Part shown: positions 1 through 14,115 of the stretch, piece by piece | Numbering within the stretch: the first letter of the stretch is position 1 | How the letters are laid out: the number at the start of each line of letters is the position of its first letter | NCBI GenBank assembly: GCA_964016885.1 | Contig: OZ024751.1 | Coordinates: forward strand, 23,994,001-24,058,000 | Reading direction: 5' to 3' | DNA length: 64,000 nucleotides | DNA from: Eledone cirrhosa | Taxonomy: Eukaryota | Translations under genes and position numbers: made by a program | Notes under the pieces: model-generated | Seen by the model: the letters and a program-made list of their open reading frames with translations, nothing else | Database searches by the model: none | Told to the model about the DNA's origin: nothing

Positions 1-1528
1 ACGCGTCATTTATCATATAAATTTCAAAACTTTATAAGTATAAACACCTTTTGTAAGTGTGTTTGTTTTTTCACGAGAGTTACATTCAATATATATATAA
101 TGTTTTATATCGTTTAGTCTGGATGTACTAAAAATTGTCTATGACACATTTTAGTACTTAACGAGGGTTGTGTGGGGCGGGAAAGTATCTTTGAATCAGA
201 AAACTGGTCCGGATATTTGTAATGTAATGCATTCTATTAAAGGGTCCAACAGCGCCAAGATTACGCATGAAATCCCCGCCCACCCCCCAAATAAAATAAC
301 TAGACCACATCAAAAATAACCCCAGTCAACCACTCTAGACTGGTAATTTATTTTATTTCATAGATCTAGGATGAATGAGAGATAAAGTTGACATGATGAA
401 GATTTGAACTCAAAACCGAAAGAGCTAAAGTAAATGTTCCAAAGTCTTTTATATGACGTTTTAACAAGTATCCGTACTAAAATGGTGAAAAAGTATGTTT
501 AATGCTAAATAGTGGGTAACAGCTCTTAAGATGTTCTGTTATTCTTAAAGGGTTCTACGAGTAATACTAATGTCCATTAATTCCTTATACTTTCTCTCCT
601 TTCAAAAATATGCTGTTTCTATTTTTGTAAGTTTGAATGTCAAACTCTGACCAGTTGTGCATTGATTTTCACATTTTAAAACACGATGAGAAAAATTAAC
701 AGGGAAAGGTGTAGATCTTCAGATACGACCAAACAATCTGTTTTGCTTGATCTTTCTACTGATCTTTTCATCTACTTGTTGCATATCTTGGCAGGAGTCA
801 GGTGACATTTGGACCGAGGACACATAAACCCGGAGTAGATACCGCCAAGCATCCCGTTCGACCGTTAACAAACCTTCCACCCCAACGCACTTAGATCGGT
901 ACTTTAATTAACGATCCCAAAGGAAATAACTACCAATTGATGAAAAAAGTTTCTGTAGTAGATGTCTGCTAATATACAAGAGAAAATTGTGTCTTATGAT
1001 CGCTACAGTTCGAATCTTGACATAAATATAAATAAATGAAAAACTCTTTACTACTTAAATCCACAAATTTCAAGATATTATTATAAAAAGGAACGGGTGG
1101 GATGAGAAGTCAGCTGGGAACTGGAATCCATAATCGATTTCTGTTCGTTATTATTGTAATTTACATTCAATTGCTTTAAAAAATGATGCCGGTAAAGTTT
1201 TTTATTTTATTTTATTTTATTTTTATTTATTTATTTATTTATTTATTTTATGTATCCGGATGTTAATATCTATTCTCTGTTAGAAATTGAATGCAGATTG
1301 CTTGCTGTGAAAATATAATTGATTACCGCAATTTATCATCTTCAGGAAATCACACGTAAACACACACACACACATATATACATGCACACACACCTATACA
1401 CACACATATGTACACTCACACATATACATATATGTATATATGTACATATACATGTGTGTATGTATATATATATATATGTATATATATATATGTGTGTTTG
1501 TATATGTATATGTATGTGTATATCTATA

Positions 1529-1585
<57 letters not shown>

Positions 1586-1929
1586 AGATAAGCAGAACAC
1601 GTAAAATTCAATCAATTTTTCAAAATAAATCAAAATTAATATACAATCAAAATTAATCAAAATTAAAAAAATTAATATAAATATTTACCTATTCTAATGG
1701 CCCTAACTGTACAGTTTCACGGTGCAAAACATTAAATATCACCAGGATATTAATGGAAAAGCAACGATCATCAGAGAAGCATTATATATATATATGAAGG
1801 TTTAACAGATACACTAATGAGAATATGATTATTTGGCTCTCTGAACTTTCTAGAATATAATATCACAATTGAAAAGAAATTGATTCAACTGAGAAAGGAA
1901 AGTTCCAATAATTATTTCTTTCTGTATAA

Positions 1930-2116
1930 GGGCGGTGGATTGGCAGTATCGGTAGAGGGTCAGACGCCATGCTTTCCAGCATAGTTACGTCCCTTTACGA
2001 TCTGAGTTCAAATCCCGCTAAGGTTGACTTTGCCTTTCAACCTTACGGGGTCGATAAAATGAAGTACCAGTAATGCACTGGGTAATTGCTGGCCTTGTGC
2101 CTAAAGTAGAAACAAT
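1930..2116 (+). mobile_element. tRNA-derived SINE with Nin/Deu-like central domain, full length, with TSD
   Basis: A-box-like TGGCAGTATCGGT, B-box GAGTTCAAATCC and central TTTGCCTTTCAaCCTTACGGGGTCGATAAAAT..GTACCAG; flanked by a ~20-bp direct repeat AATTATTTCTTT(T)CTGTATAA. Confidence 0.85.
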
Positions 2117-2771
2117 TATTTCTTTCTGTATAAATGGCGGGTGATATTGGTCAAGAAGTCAGAGCATCAAGCAAATGTTTCGTTTCGTGATATTTCTTCT
2201 GGTACTTTACGTTGTGAGGTCAAATCATCTCCAGGTCAACATTGTCTGTCGTCATTCCGAGTGTTGATAAAAGAAAATACCAGTGAAATACTGGAGTTAT
2301 TTTCATTGATTATTATCCCCCCACCACACATACACCAAGCACCCATCCAATTTTGCTGGTTCTGTGCGAAAATTAGAAATCATAATGGCTTTAATTTTGG
2401 ATTCCTAGATGGACTTTTTCATAATTTTACTATCTCTGCAATTTTCTGACATATTCTGTAACTATCAAACTCTATTACAATCAAAATTCACTGCAATATA
2501 TTATCTCTAATTTTCTATTCGCATCATCTTTCCGTTAACTACAGATATAATATGCTACCCTATTTAAATAATCGCCATTATAATTCAATATTGAAAACTG
2601 CCTGAACAGAATAATGAAATTATGTAATTCAGCCATTTAGACCTTATACCAATTGACTGCTGTCTCTAGAAATTACAATTTATTCTCTCTAACGGTAGAA
2701 ATCTCTTAACAAAATTGTAACAAATTTTATGGATTTTATATAGTATATATAAGTGTATGTACAATTTTATG

Positions 2772-2810
<39 letters not shown>

Positions 2811-3264
2811 AATAAATTATCGAGAATCGGAATCTCGGCCCACGAAATAACGAAAACAATCTTCGAAAATTGTGGCAAAGTGCTCAATAGTTTGGGTAAA
2901 CCAGAGCTATAACTATCGTTTACATACCAACACACTGAGATAATGCTTAAAATCATTCGCACAGCCGAAAAAACGACCAAGAAAATTCGGGTCAGACAAA
3001 TAATAATATATATGAATGAAAAATCTTTACCCGTTATATATATAGAGAGAATGGAAAACGATAAATCAGTGATGCATCGGAACTCAATTTATTGTGTGTT
3101 ACAAGTGTTTCTCCGGCGAACCACTCGAGGTGTGATCCATGTGTGGATCTACCTGACTCTAGTCTCGCAGGTTCCGCGGACATTTTTTTATTGATTTCGG
3201 ATCATATCCACTTTCCATATATATATATATATATATATATATACAGTATATATATATATATAGT

Positions 3265-3322
3265 AAGATCCTGTTAAAGGTGGAAGCAGCGATTCTTTGC
3301 TTCAACTTTAATCTGTTCTTAT
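3265..3322 (+). mobile_element. Short fragment of the CAGAAGA-HHR PLE pLTR family
   Basis: Matches 18826-18880 and 32251-32305; lies between (TA)n runs. Confidence 0.65.
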
Positions 3323-3341
3323 AACATATGTATGTATTTAA

Positions 3342-3383
<42 letters not shown>

Positions 3384-3465
3384 CGGCGATGAATTTGTTT
3401 TGCGAGGATTTTGATATGAAATCGTGTGTCGAAACAAATATTGTTATACTTGGGCAGGGTCATAT
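3384..3465 (-). mobile_element. Terminal fragment of the PLE at 46420-48747
   Basis: GAAATCGTGTGTCGAAACAAATATTGTTATACTTGGG shared with 12783, 46442 and (reverse complement) 31490-31530; abuts (TA)n. Confidence 0.8.
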
Positions 3466-3583
3466 TGTAATACGTGTGGATACGTCCCGTGATAGACGAA
3501 AGCACTAGATTCAAATTACAAACAATATTTTATTATATTTTTTTTATTGAAGCAAAGAAGATTTTATTAGTTCTTTTGATAAT

Positions 3584-3747
3584 AATTGTTTCTACTATTG
3601 GCACAAGGGCAGCAATTACCCAGTACATTACTGGTACTTTATTTTATCGACCCCGTAAGGATGAAAGGCAAAGTTAACCACGGCGGGATTTGAACTCAGA
3701 ATGGCAAGGGCCGTAACTCTATGCGTCAAAGCAAGGCGTCCGACCCT
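3584..3747 (-). mobile_element. Nin/Deu-type SINE, 5'-truncated
   Basis: Reverse complement of the 1930 SINE; TTTGATAATAAT repeated at both ends. Confidence 0.8.
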
Positions 3748-3883
3748 TTTGATAATAATGCTTTGTTAATATATTATTCTGTAAACTAAGATACACATTT
3801 ATACCAAGGAAGAGAGAGGGAGTGAGACAAAGAAAGAGAGAAAGAAAGAGAGTGAGAGAGAGAGAGGTATAGAGAGAGAGAAA

Positions 3884-3945
<62 letters not shown>

Positions 3946-4539
3946 ACGCCGTTGGCAGGAAATATTTCAAAACATTTTCTCTACCACAATCCTATACTTA
4001 CATTTGTGTTTTTATGAGATTTATAACGAAAGAAAGGAAAGAAGAAAGAAAGGAAGGAAGGAAGAAAGGAAAGAAGAAAGAAAGAACGAACGAAAGAAAG
4101 AAAGAAAAAAAGAAAGAAAGAAAGAAATAAAGAAAGAAAGAAAGCAAAAACAAACAAACATTTTAACAAGTGTTTGTCAGACTGTAGCGCCAGGCATGAC
4201 AGGCAGCAAAAAACTGTACATTTATTATATACTAAATTTCTATAATAATTTTTCTGAATTCCTATGCCTATTAACACCTCCTGTATAAAATATATGCATA
4301 ACAAGGATTTAACGAAATTAGTTTGCATACTGTAGTTGGAACCTAGTGCTCGAACATTCTACAGAACAACACACCCATAACGTAGGGTTCAAGGGTATTC
4401 CACCTGGCACAGTGTGTGACAAGGCTATTTCTTTGACATACAGGGGCAACTCATTATTTTCCCCAGCTTAGTGAACTAGAAGAGGTGAAATATATTGATT
4501 TAATCAAGTCAATTTGTTTGTCAGACCACTCTTGAGTGA

Positions 4540-4710
4540 TACTGGTAGCATGTAATCCAGTACAACCTGTCGCATGGTCGGGTCGTCGGTGACTAAACCG
4601 GCAATCCCTCCAAGTTTACTTGGTGTGTAGGGTGATTTTGGACACCCTACAGGAGAAAAGGCAAAACGTGATAAAGCGCGGAAGAACTCATAATAGTCAA
4701 CGGCCATCTA
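4540..4710 (+). mobile_element. 5' part of the RTE-related non-autonomous element seen at 34020-34625
   Basis: Reverse-complement similarity to 34440-34615 (ACTGGTAgCATGTAatCCAGTACAACCTGTCgCATGGTCGGGTCGT). Confidence 0.7.
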
Positions 4711-5428
4711 AAACAAGAAAAACAAAATCCTTCCAAATCAATGGGTGGCAGTAGTTCCAGCTGCATACATGGAAAGACTGAGAACAATGTTGGCTTTGCA
4801 GATGATCAATGCAAATTGACAATTAAAAGGCGCTCCCGCTCGAGTTAGAAGAGAACTATTGACCTTTAAAAGCAGCGACCTATGATTGTATTCAACAACC
4901 GAAACAAATATGAAGTACACCAAATCCAATGCTCCTAAGGGCGACTCTGGTTCTTCTTATGTGCGAATGTAAACTCGGCCAGATTAGATTAGATTAATCA
5001 AGAACGCATCGCACCACCGTGAATCAAACTTTCAACCTTATGTTCGTGCACCAAACACATTAACCACTAAGCCACGCACCTTACCTATATACTCCTACGT
5101 AAGAAACAATGTTACTTTCTTTAGTTTTATATCGATGAAATAAGTGGTGTCAGCAAAATGTTTCAACCATCTAAATGGACTTTGCACTTACCACAGCAAA
5201 AATTAACATTGTCGATCGATTGATCGATTTGATGAGATGAAACATAGCCGGCATTTGCAATTTAAATCAATAGAGAGCAAAGTAATCTGTATATGTATTT
5301 ATTTTAGTTCTTTTACCTTATTTCTTCAAATTTAATGACGCACTGATAAATCTCCATTTATAATAGATTCGCAAGACGCATTTTATTTTGCCATACCATT
5401 ATATCCACAAACGAAAAAATAAAACAAA

Positions 5429-5475
<47 letters not shown>

Positions 5476-6549
5476 TTTACTGTTTAAATGTTTAAATGGT
5501 TTATTCTGGTAGGAAGGAACCTACCTGTCTATGGCCATATCAGACCTCCTTGATCGATCCATCATTAGTTTTGGCGACAAAGTTACAGTATTTAAATCGT
5601 CTGAACGTTCATTTCGTGAATTAGTATGTAATTGCTTGAGTAGCCCACAGACATGAGCATCTTTATCGAAAATCCAAAGCCCAATCAACGTCTCATAATA
5701 TGGGATAAAGCTGGACCTTTAAGTTATAGCTACAACCCAACTGACGGGTGTTCCGTCTATTCAATTCCACTCACAGATCTTGTATCGTCCCCGAGCTATA
5801 ATAACGATATTTGCCAGAAATGTCACACCGCTGAATCGAAGCCGAGACCTGATAAGTATTAAGTAACCTTCTCAACGACTCAGCCATGGATGCTTCCGCA
5901 ACCGTCGCCATTACAACTGGAGAAGTTGACATTACTAATGTTCCCCTTCTGCAGTTGCAATTACACAATTGCAAAAACTGCAGAAAATAAAAGACATAAG
6001 CTAGAAAAGAATTCCAGACAACTGGAGTTCTGAAGAGAAAGATCTCATTTTCATTCGTCATTGATCTGTTATTGATCAGCAAGTTATATTTAATTGAAGC
6101 TGATGTGGTGGTGAAAACTTTAGCCCAATAATTCAAATTGGAGACATTGTCTATCCTGCTTGCACTTTCTGAGATTAAATTCGACTTGTCTATCTTGAGA
6201 AACGGAATAGTAACTCAGAAAGTACAAATGAAACAATTATTCAATTGGTCTTTCCAATACGATAATATACGCCAGTCTCATTCCTGGTAGAAGGAGGTAG
6301 GATTTGAATTGAGAACAAACAGAACCGGAATAGATTCCACACGTCTCAAATCATCAGGTTCGAATCTTTAATAATTTAGCCAATTCAACTCACACGAACT
6401 ATATTGAAATAGACTGGTATTTTCGTTATTGAACAGGAAACGATGAAAGGTAACGTTGATTACGGTGGTATTTGAACACAGCCTCAGAAGACTGGAACAA
6501 ATGACCTATTTAATCCAATACTATCACAAGTCTGCTACATCGTCATTTC

Positions 6550-6890
6550 TTCAAAATATTAAATAGGTAGTAGATTGACAGAATTGATGTTGACAGAAAG
6601 GACTAACAGGAAAGACTAACCTATAAAAAATGAACACAACCACAAGGATATGGTCCAAACATGGAAGAGCCGAGCTCCCACTGTCATCGCCCCCGTCTCT
6701 CTCGCCCTCCCCATCTCTCTGTATGTTGAGTAAATGGCGTGCCACGGTCTGGCCTCCCCAGAAACCCGGTGGACAGAAAGAGAAGGCGATTCCCCGGAGG
6801 ATGTTAAGGGAGATGCGCTGGAAGATCCATTCCAGCTGGCGAGGCTCACACCTGCGGCTGGCTAGCTCAGCGCCTATGGTGGATATTAAA
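6550..6890 (-). pseudogene. 3' end of an RLE-type (CRE-like) non-LTR retrotransposon
   Basis: Peptide IGAELASRRCEPRQLEWIFQRISLNILRGIA resembles the LFQRISLAIQRGNA C-terminus of CRE-clade proteins, followed by a UTR-like stretch. Confidence 0.6.
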
Positions 6891-8194
6891 TTATACAAAG
6901 GGTAATAATTTGAATTCAAACCTTATATTCTAACCCTAATTAAGACGCGAGGTTAGTTTTGCCTTTCATCCTTAAGGTGTCACTAAATAAAGTACCAGTA
7001 ACGAAATGGAGTCAATTTAATCGACTTTCCCTTCCCCACAAATGATTGGCCTTGTGCCTAAACCAGAACCTTATGATTGTGTTATATTGTGTTATGATTG
7101 TGTTACATTAGAACAGTTTTCGTGCTGTGTTAGATTAATCACTTACCAATCTATTTTAAACAGATGGTCGCCAAGCTTTGCCATTTATTAGAATATAATT
7201 TCTAAAACATAAAATGTAACTGCCTTAAACACATACCTAGTGAAGATATATCTCTATCACCATGACAATATCTATCGAACAAAAGCTATTTTGCAAGAGA
7301 TAGGTTCACCAAGCCTAATTGTTTCACCAGTCAAACAATTTCTTTCCATATGTAATGCGTATATCTTCAGAGAAATACCGACGGAACAATTTTTGTTTTT
7401 CACCTTTCATGCGAGAAGAAACTGATTTTAAATTTATATTTGCGGATTCCTTGTTAGAGGCCATTCATTCATTTAAGCAACAGCTAATGAAGTCAAGAAT
7501 GCATGAATGCTGTGCAGTCCCAATAACATCTATTGTACATTTACACCATTGTTGCGAAGTTTAAAAAGAAAGACAATATAGATAAAATGATTTTTTTTCT
7601 GCCAAAGGATATCAGTATAAATCAAATGTGATGGATTTTAACTTCAGCAAAGGCACTTTCTGGCTTCAAATCACAAGGACTAATGATTTAAACAACATTC
7701 GCCTGTGGTTAATATGCATATCCCATTAATATTCTGATCTCGGTTGTATTTGAAATATTTCTATTTCGATACCTTATAGATAAAGGCGCCTGATATAGAG
7801 GTCAGGATATTTGACTACTAAGGGTCTAATGATATCGTCGTAGGTTCGGAGATAATGTCGAGAATAATATTTGGAACGAGGAAATACATTATCCTTTTGA
7901 GCAAGAGGCTCCATGAAAAGACTTTGGTCTCTGTCATTCAAAACACTCAAGAAACTTCGCATTAGATGCACCATTATAGCCGGTTATCTGAATAGGTGTG
8001 AGCTGTAAATTTCATTTCAAATTCATTCCCTTCAGTGGAGATTGTGCTATAGCTATGCAATATATTTCCATCATGCGACTTCAAGGTTGTTACGAGATAA
8101 TCAATAGAATAACCTGTATTATTTGGTAACTATTATTCGCCGTAAATATTAATTTATGATATCACTGGACTGGGAAAGATTATAGGTCGTTATA

Positions 8195-8362
8195 GCAGTA
8201 TCGGTAGAGGGTCGGACATGCTTTCCAGCATAGTTACGTCCCTTTATGATCTGAGTTCAAATCCGGCCGAGGTTAACTTTGCCTTTCATCCTTACGGGGT
8301 CGATAAAATAAAGTACCAGTAATGTACTGGTTAATTGCTGGCCTTGTGCGTAAAGTAGAAAA
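8195..8362 (+). mobile_element. Nin/Deu-type SINE
   Basis: Same head, core and tail as the 1930 copy. Confidence 0.8.
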
Positions 8363-10038
8363 AAAAAAGTTATAACAAGATGTCATACAGTATTTTGTTT
8401 CGTCCTTTAGATTCTGATTTCAAATTCCAATGAGATTAATTTACCTACTCATCGTAAATATACGTTGTTTCATTATATTAGTTTCAGTCGTAATTAGATG
8501 TTAATTAAATATTCATCAGACATGCTAGTTTAAAGTGAGTGTGGTGTTTACATAATGTTTAATTTGAAAACAAACTTCTATTATGGCATTACTGGAAAAG
8601 TCTCTTTGATGGAACGCATAACTTACTAGGCGAAAGAATGTTCTTTCAATTTGAGTTATAAGAGAGCGGTAGTTACAATAAAATCAGAGAGTAATAAATA
8701 AAAATAAAATAAGTTGAATGAATAAAGTAAATAGAAACATTGTTAGGCAAGAAGCAAAGCAGTGTGTGTGTCACGAGAAAGAGTTAAATATGGACAAGCG
8801 CCAAAAATTGACGATCAATCAGTTACTGAACGTTAATGTAGAATCACAGGTGTTTATACACTAGGCATATATTTATATGTATATACATACATACATATAT
8901 ATATATATTTATATATATATAGAGATATATATATGTGTGTGTGTATGTAAGTATGTATGCATATATATGTATGTATGTATAATATATATATATGTAAATG
9001 TGTGTGTGTGTGTGTAGACATGCAGTCACACACCTGGTGTATAGACGACATTGTAATTAAAATGAATGTGTACACAGGAGAGAATTGCTGCCAAACAGTT
9101 TAGTCATATGGGGTTTTCGGTGTATTTTCTCATATGAAACTGTTAGTAGTGTCCAATAATTCAATTCGCCAAAATGTCAATAGATACGACCTAACTTTTA
9201 AGTATGCTTCAGAAATATGTAAGCCTTTAACGATGTTGCTTTCCTATTCAGCTGAACATAAGGCAGATATTGTATTTGTATTACTGCAATATCTCGATCT
9301 TTCAATGATCTTGCATTTATATTCTATTTGGAAGCGTTATATTGTAATTACTAGGTATGACAGGTTAATGGTCATCATATTTCTCTTTCCTCTGCGTTGG
9401 AAAGTGGTAGTGTAGTTATTAAATCTCTGTTTAATCATCAGTTCAGTAATATAGTGCCTGTATACAATACAGCCTGGGTGGATATCTATAATCCCCACTT
9501 CATAAAATATGGTTTCTCCATGAAAACACTGTGGGGGATTGCACGGATTTTCTATATGTACTGTTGGCTTAGGACTTTAGCAAGTGGATTGGATATAATA
9601 TTCTTTTTCTTTTTCTAAATCTACAGATTGTATAAAATTACATTTTAAGAAATGGTTCTTTTAATACACATCCCTTTATTTCTTATCATCCTTTATACAT
9701 ATTCTAAGTTGCTTCTTTAGCTTATATTTTTCGCAATTTATCTACTCACCATACTTCATTTTTATTTATTTCACTTTATTTACTTAGAACTATAAACAGC
9801 AGAGGTGACTGTGTTTACGTTTGTTTGTGTTTGTATTTATGTTACGTAATATAAAAATACGACAAAAGAGATTAATAAAAGTGAGACCGTACTTGAATAG
9901 ATGAATCCTAAGGCTGACACAATTAACGAAATTCAGGTGGTGCCCCATTATGGGTGCATTTATTTGGCTGTAATCAATAAGTTAACAGAGGAAAAGCTGA
10001 AAACAGTTCGGATTTACTAACATATTAGCATGAGTTTC

Positions 10039-10162
<124 letters not shown>

Positions 10163-11379
10163 CCTGGAAGAATGTTAAGAGAATTATTTTCTAAAAACTC
10201 TTTAATTATTTTCACGGTCATAAATATCCTTTGGTCTTATATTACATTAGCCTGTTTTGTCTAATTAGTGAGATATATGAGATTTCAATTGGCATCCCTG
10301 TGAAGAAATTAACGATAAAGAAATAGAAAATGAAGCTGTTGCAAATGTAGAAACCTTTGTTTACAAAGATTCGTTATTTTCTCGACAATATGGTCATGTG
10401 TTTCTTTGTGAATTAGAATCTCAGATTCTATGTTAACAAGAGATTACGTTTTGTCTTTTCGTACAGAGATTAATCGATCTAAGCTTAGATTGTATTCGTA
10501 TTTTATGTTTCAAACATTTCGGCCATTATGGAAGTAAAATGATATGAATTTTGCCATCAGCTATTGAATGACATAATACTAAATCTCAGAGTGGAACTGT
10601 AAGTTTTCTGAGCAAGAGGCAATTATATCCAACCGGTTAATGAAACTACATGTGGAGCCATAATCTAATAGGTATGCTGGTTACTGAATATAGTAAATAG
10701 AACCGTTAGTAATAAACTTTTGCAATGAAATATATTTACGTCTTGCTTTTAGAAAAATGTCACAGGTTTTTAGAAAAAGGAGAAACCAATAAAATCTCTC
10801 TATTGTTCTCTTGGTATTGGTTTTTAATTTTGGTACAAGGCCAACACATTTTGGTGAAAGCCAAAGTTAATTAAATCAACCCCAGTACTTGACTGGTACT
10901 TTATTTTATCGACCACGGAAAGGAGAAAAGGCAATGTAGACCTCAGAATGTAAAGAATTAAAAAAAATACCGCAATGGCATTCTATTTGATGCTCTACAA
11001 CTCTGCAACTCTGCCAACCAGCCATCCTTATCTCTCGTAATATTGGCAGCGATAGAGAAAAAGCTAAACAACCACGCAATATAAACAAAAACTAATTTAA
11101 CAAGAAATCTGCTAGTTTTGATAGCTGAAACAGATATCGATTATGTGATAAACATTTTTCGCAAGTATTTAACCTATAAATGGCTCTTCAGATTGTACAA
11201 GATTCCTCACCCTTGAACTACCTTAACATCTGACATTTCCTAGGAAACATATGACTCTGTTAGTGAAAAATTTATCGTTTTCTTTATTTCTACAACAGAA
11301 AGAAATTACTAATACACTATAGAGTCAAAAACAGGAGCTCTTCACTTCATGGAAATAACGCCGGTTATATCATATCACA

Positions 11380-11750
11380 AAATATGCCCTGGTTACTGTG
11401 ATGTCAGATATATAGAGCTGAATGAAAAGGCAACAGACTGTTCCGGTTAAATGGATGGCAATTTTATCAGATATCTTCTCACTTATAGCTTGAATGTGTC
11501 TGCTGGCGTATGGTGTTGGTGCAAGTGATCGTAGTGGTTGGTTCCAACTAACTACAGCAACTACGACCAACTCCCTAAGTATGATTTGATTGAAATATTT
11601 AGCACATCATTCGTTCTTTACATTAAATGAGGGTAATTTGCATGATGAAATCCACTCTGTACAGTCAGGAGCAGAACAGATTTTTTTCCACCTCTTGCTG
11701 TCAAACCAAATGCAGTTAGTCGTAATCTGTGGAACATTAACGAATATTTA
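11380..11750 (-). pseudogene. Possible highly decayed LINE AP-endonuclease remnant
   Basis: Minus-strand translation with stops gives NHT*GVG...PTTTIT, loosely like RTE APE motifs. Confidence 0.25.
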
Positions 11751-11837
11751 ACGTCAGTCAGTTCAATAATATTACAGTGTTTCTGGTAATTTTATCATAT
11801 ATAGTCTGTGAATCATGAATATTTCCGCCATACCATA

Positions 11838-12205
<368 letters not shown>

Positions 12206-12232
12206 GGGTGTGTATGATTGTATATAGAAGAT

Positions 12233-12604
12233 TATATTAATAAAAGGAAATCCAACTTTGTCTGATTTACTCGTTTTATTTACAATCCTTTAAAATTACA
12301 ATGATATTATAATGAAATAGTATGGTAGAATATTAAATGTTAAGTGTACAAGTACTTTCATGCTTTCGCAATCTTCAGGTTCAGATTCAGTGGTGACAGT
12401 CAAGTTTGCAATCGAAAATTGCAAACTTGACTGTCACCACTGAATATGAACCTGAAGATTGCGAAAGCATGAAAGTACTTGTACACTTAACATTTAACAT
12501 TTAATATTCTACCATACTATTTCATTATAATATCATTATAATTTTAAAGGATTGTAAATAAAACGAGAAAATCAGACAAAGTTGGAATTCCTTTTATTAA
12601 TATA
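12233..12604. mobile_element. Palindromic PLE-pLTR-like cassette between (TA)n tracts
   Basis: ~175-bp inverted arms around ~12413, with an HHR in each arm. Confidence 0.85.
12447..12485 (+). ncRNA. Minimal type I hammerhead ribozyme (mirror copy on minus strand at ~12346-12384)
   Basis: TGAAC-CTGAAGA-T-TGC GAAA GCA-T-GAAA-GTAC-TT-GTACA; palindromic GTAC caps stem III. Confidence 0.75.
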
Positions 12605-12638
12605 TATATATATATATATAGAGAGAGATACGTGTACA

Positions 12639-13147
<509 letters not shown>

Positions 13148-13153
13148 TATATA

Positions 13154-13262
<109 letters not shown>

Positions 13263-13764
13263 GTGTTTATGTATGTGTGTGTTTTATAACATTTGACATC
13301 TTTTCACCATAAATCTTAAAGGAACCATTTATAAAAGCAATTTCGCACCACAATCAGTTCTTCACCGATAAAGCTGCTCTTATGATCTTACACAACAGAA
13401 TATCTCACCATTATTACATAAAAGAATATTGTGGTTTATAAAGAATTCTTTTGACGTATGTATGTATATATATATGTTTGTATGTATGTATGAATGTAAA
13501 TATGTATGTATGTTCTTCTGGTTTTATAATTTATAAATGTTTACCAATAGAGAGAGTCGGTTTCTAACATAGATACTAGACTCTCTCATTGGAATTTAAA
13601 CCACATCAACTAGATAGACATGTCTGCAATGCATGCATGCGTGTGCATGTATAGATGTTCATGTATGTGTGGATGTGTGTGTTTTGACTTGTATGTGTGC
13701 ATGTGCATATACTTTGTATCTGTACATGTGTATATGAAGTTATTCGATGCAGAATTTTTTGAGT

Positions 13765-14115
13765 TTTTTTACATACTTTTACTGTTCTATTAATGGATTG
13801 CACTTGTAATTTCCTAACTAGTCATGTTCTTTCCGTTTCTGTGAAACCCAGCTTCTCAAGATTTATGTTGAGGCAGTTAGTAACCTATCACAGGTATAAA
13901 TCTGAAGGTATAGTCAGGGTGGAGTGTCTACAGATTTCTCATTAGTTCTGCATAGATATTTTCTTTTTCGCTTGTCTTTAATGTTATATTGGCATCTCCT
14001 GGGCAGCTAACTTCCACTACTGTGCATGCCTTCCTTTCCCTGTCCTATATCATTATATCTGGTCTGTTATGTTTTAGTGGGCTTTTGACTGGAACATTCC
14101 ACCAGTCCTCTTTCA
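13765..14115 (-). pseudogene. R4/Dong-like non-LTR retrotransposon restriction-like endonuclease remnant
   Basis: Manual translation WWNVPVKSPLKHNRPDIMI*DRERKACTVVEVSCPGDANI..K..EKENIYAELMRNL..LHPDYTFRFIPVIG...LQVQSINRTVKVCK (RPD...E RLE signature), with stops. Confidence 0.8.

Noticed and set aside
5868-5978. Possible minus-strand host exon after a good acceptor (TTTTATTTTCTGCAG)
   Set aside because: Weak donor, unrecognisable peptide and no partner exons; cannot be supported without RNA-seq
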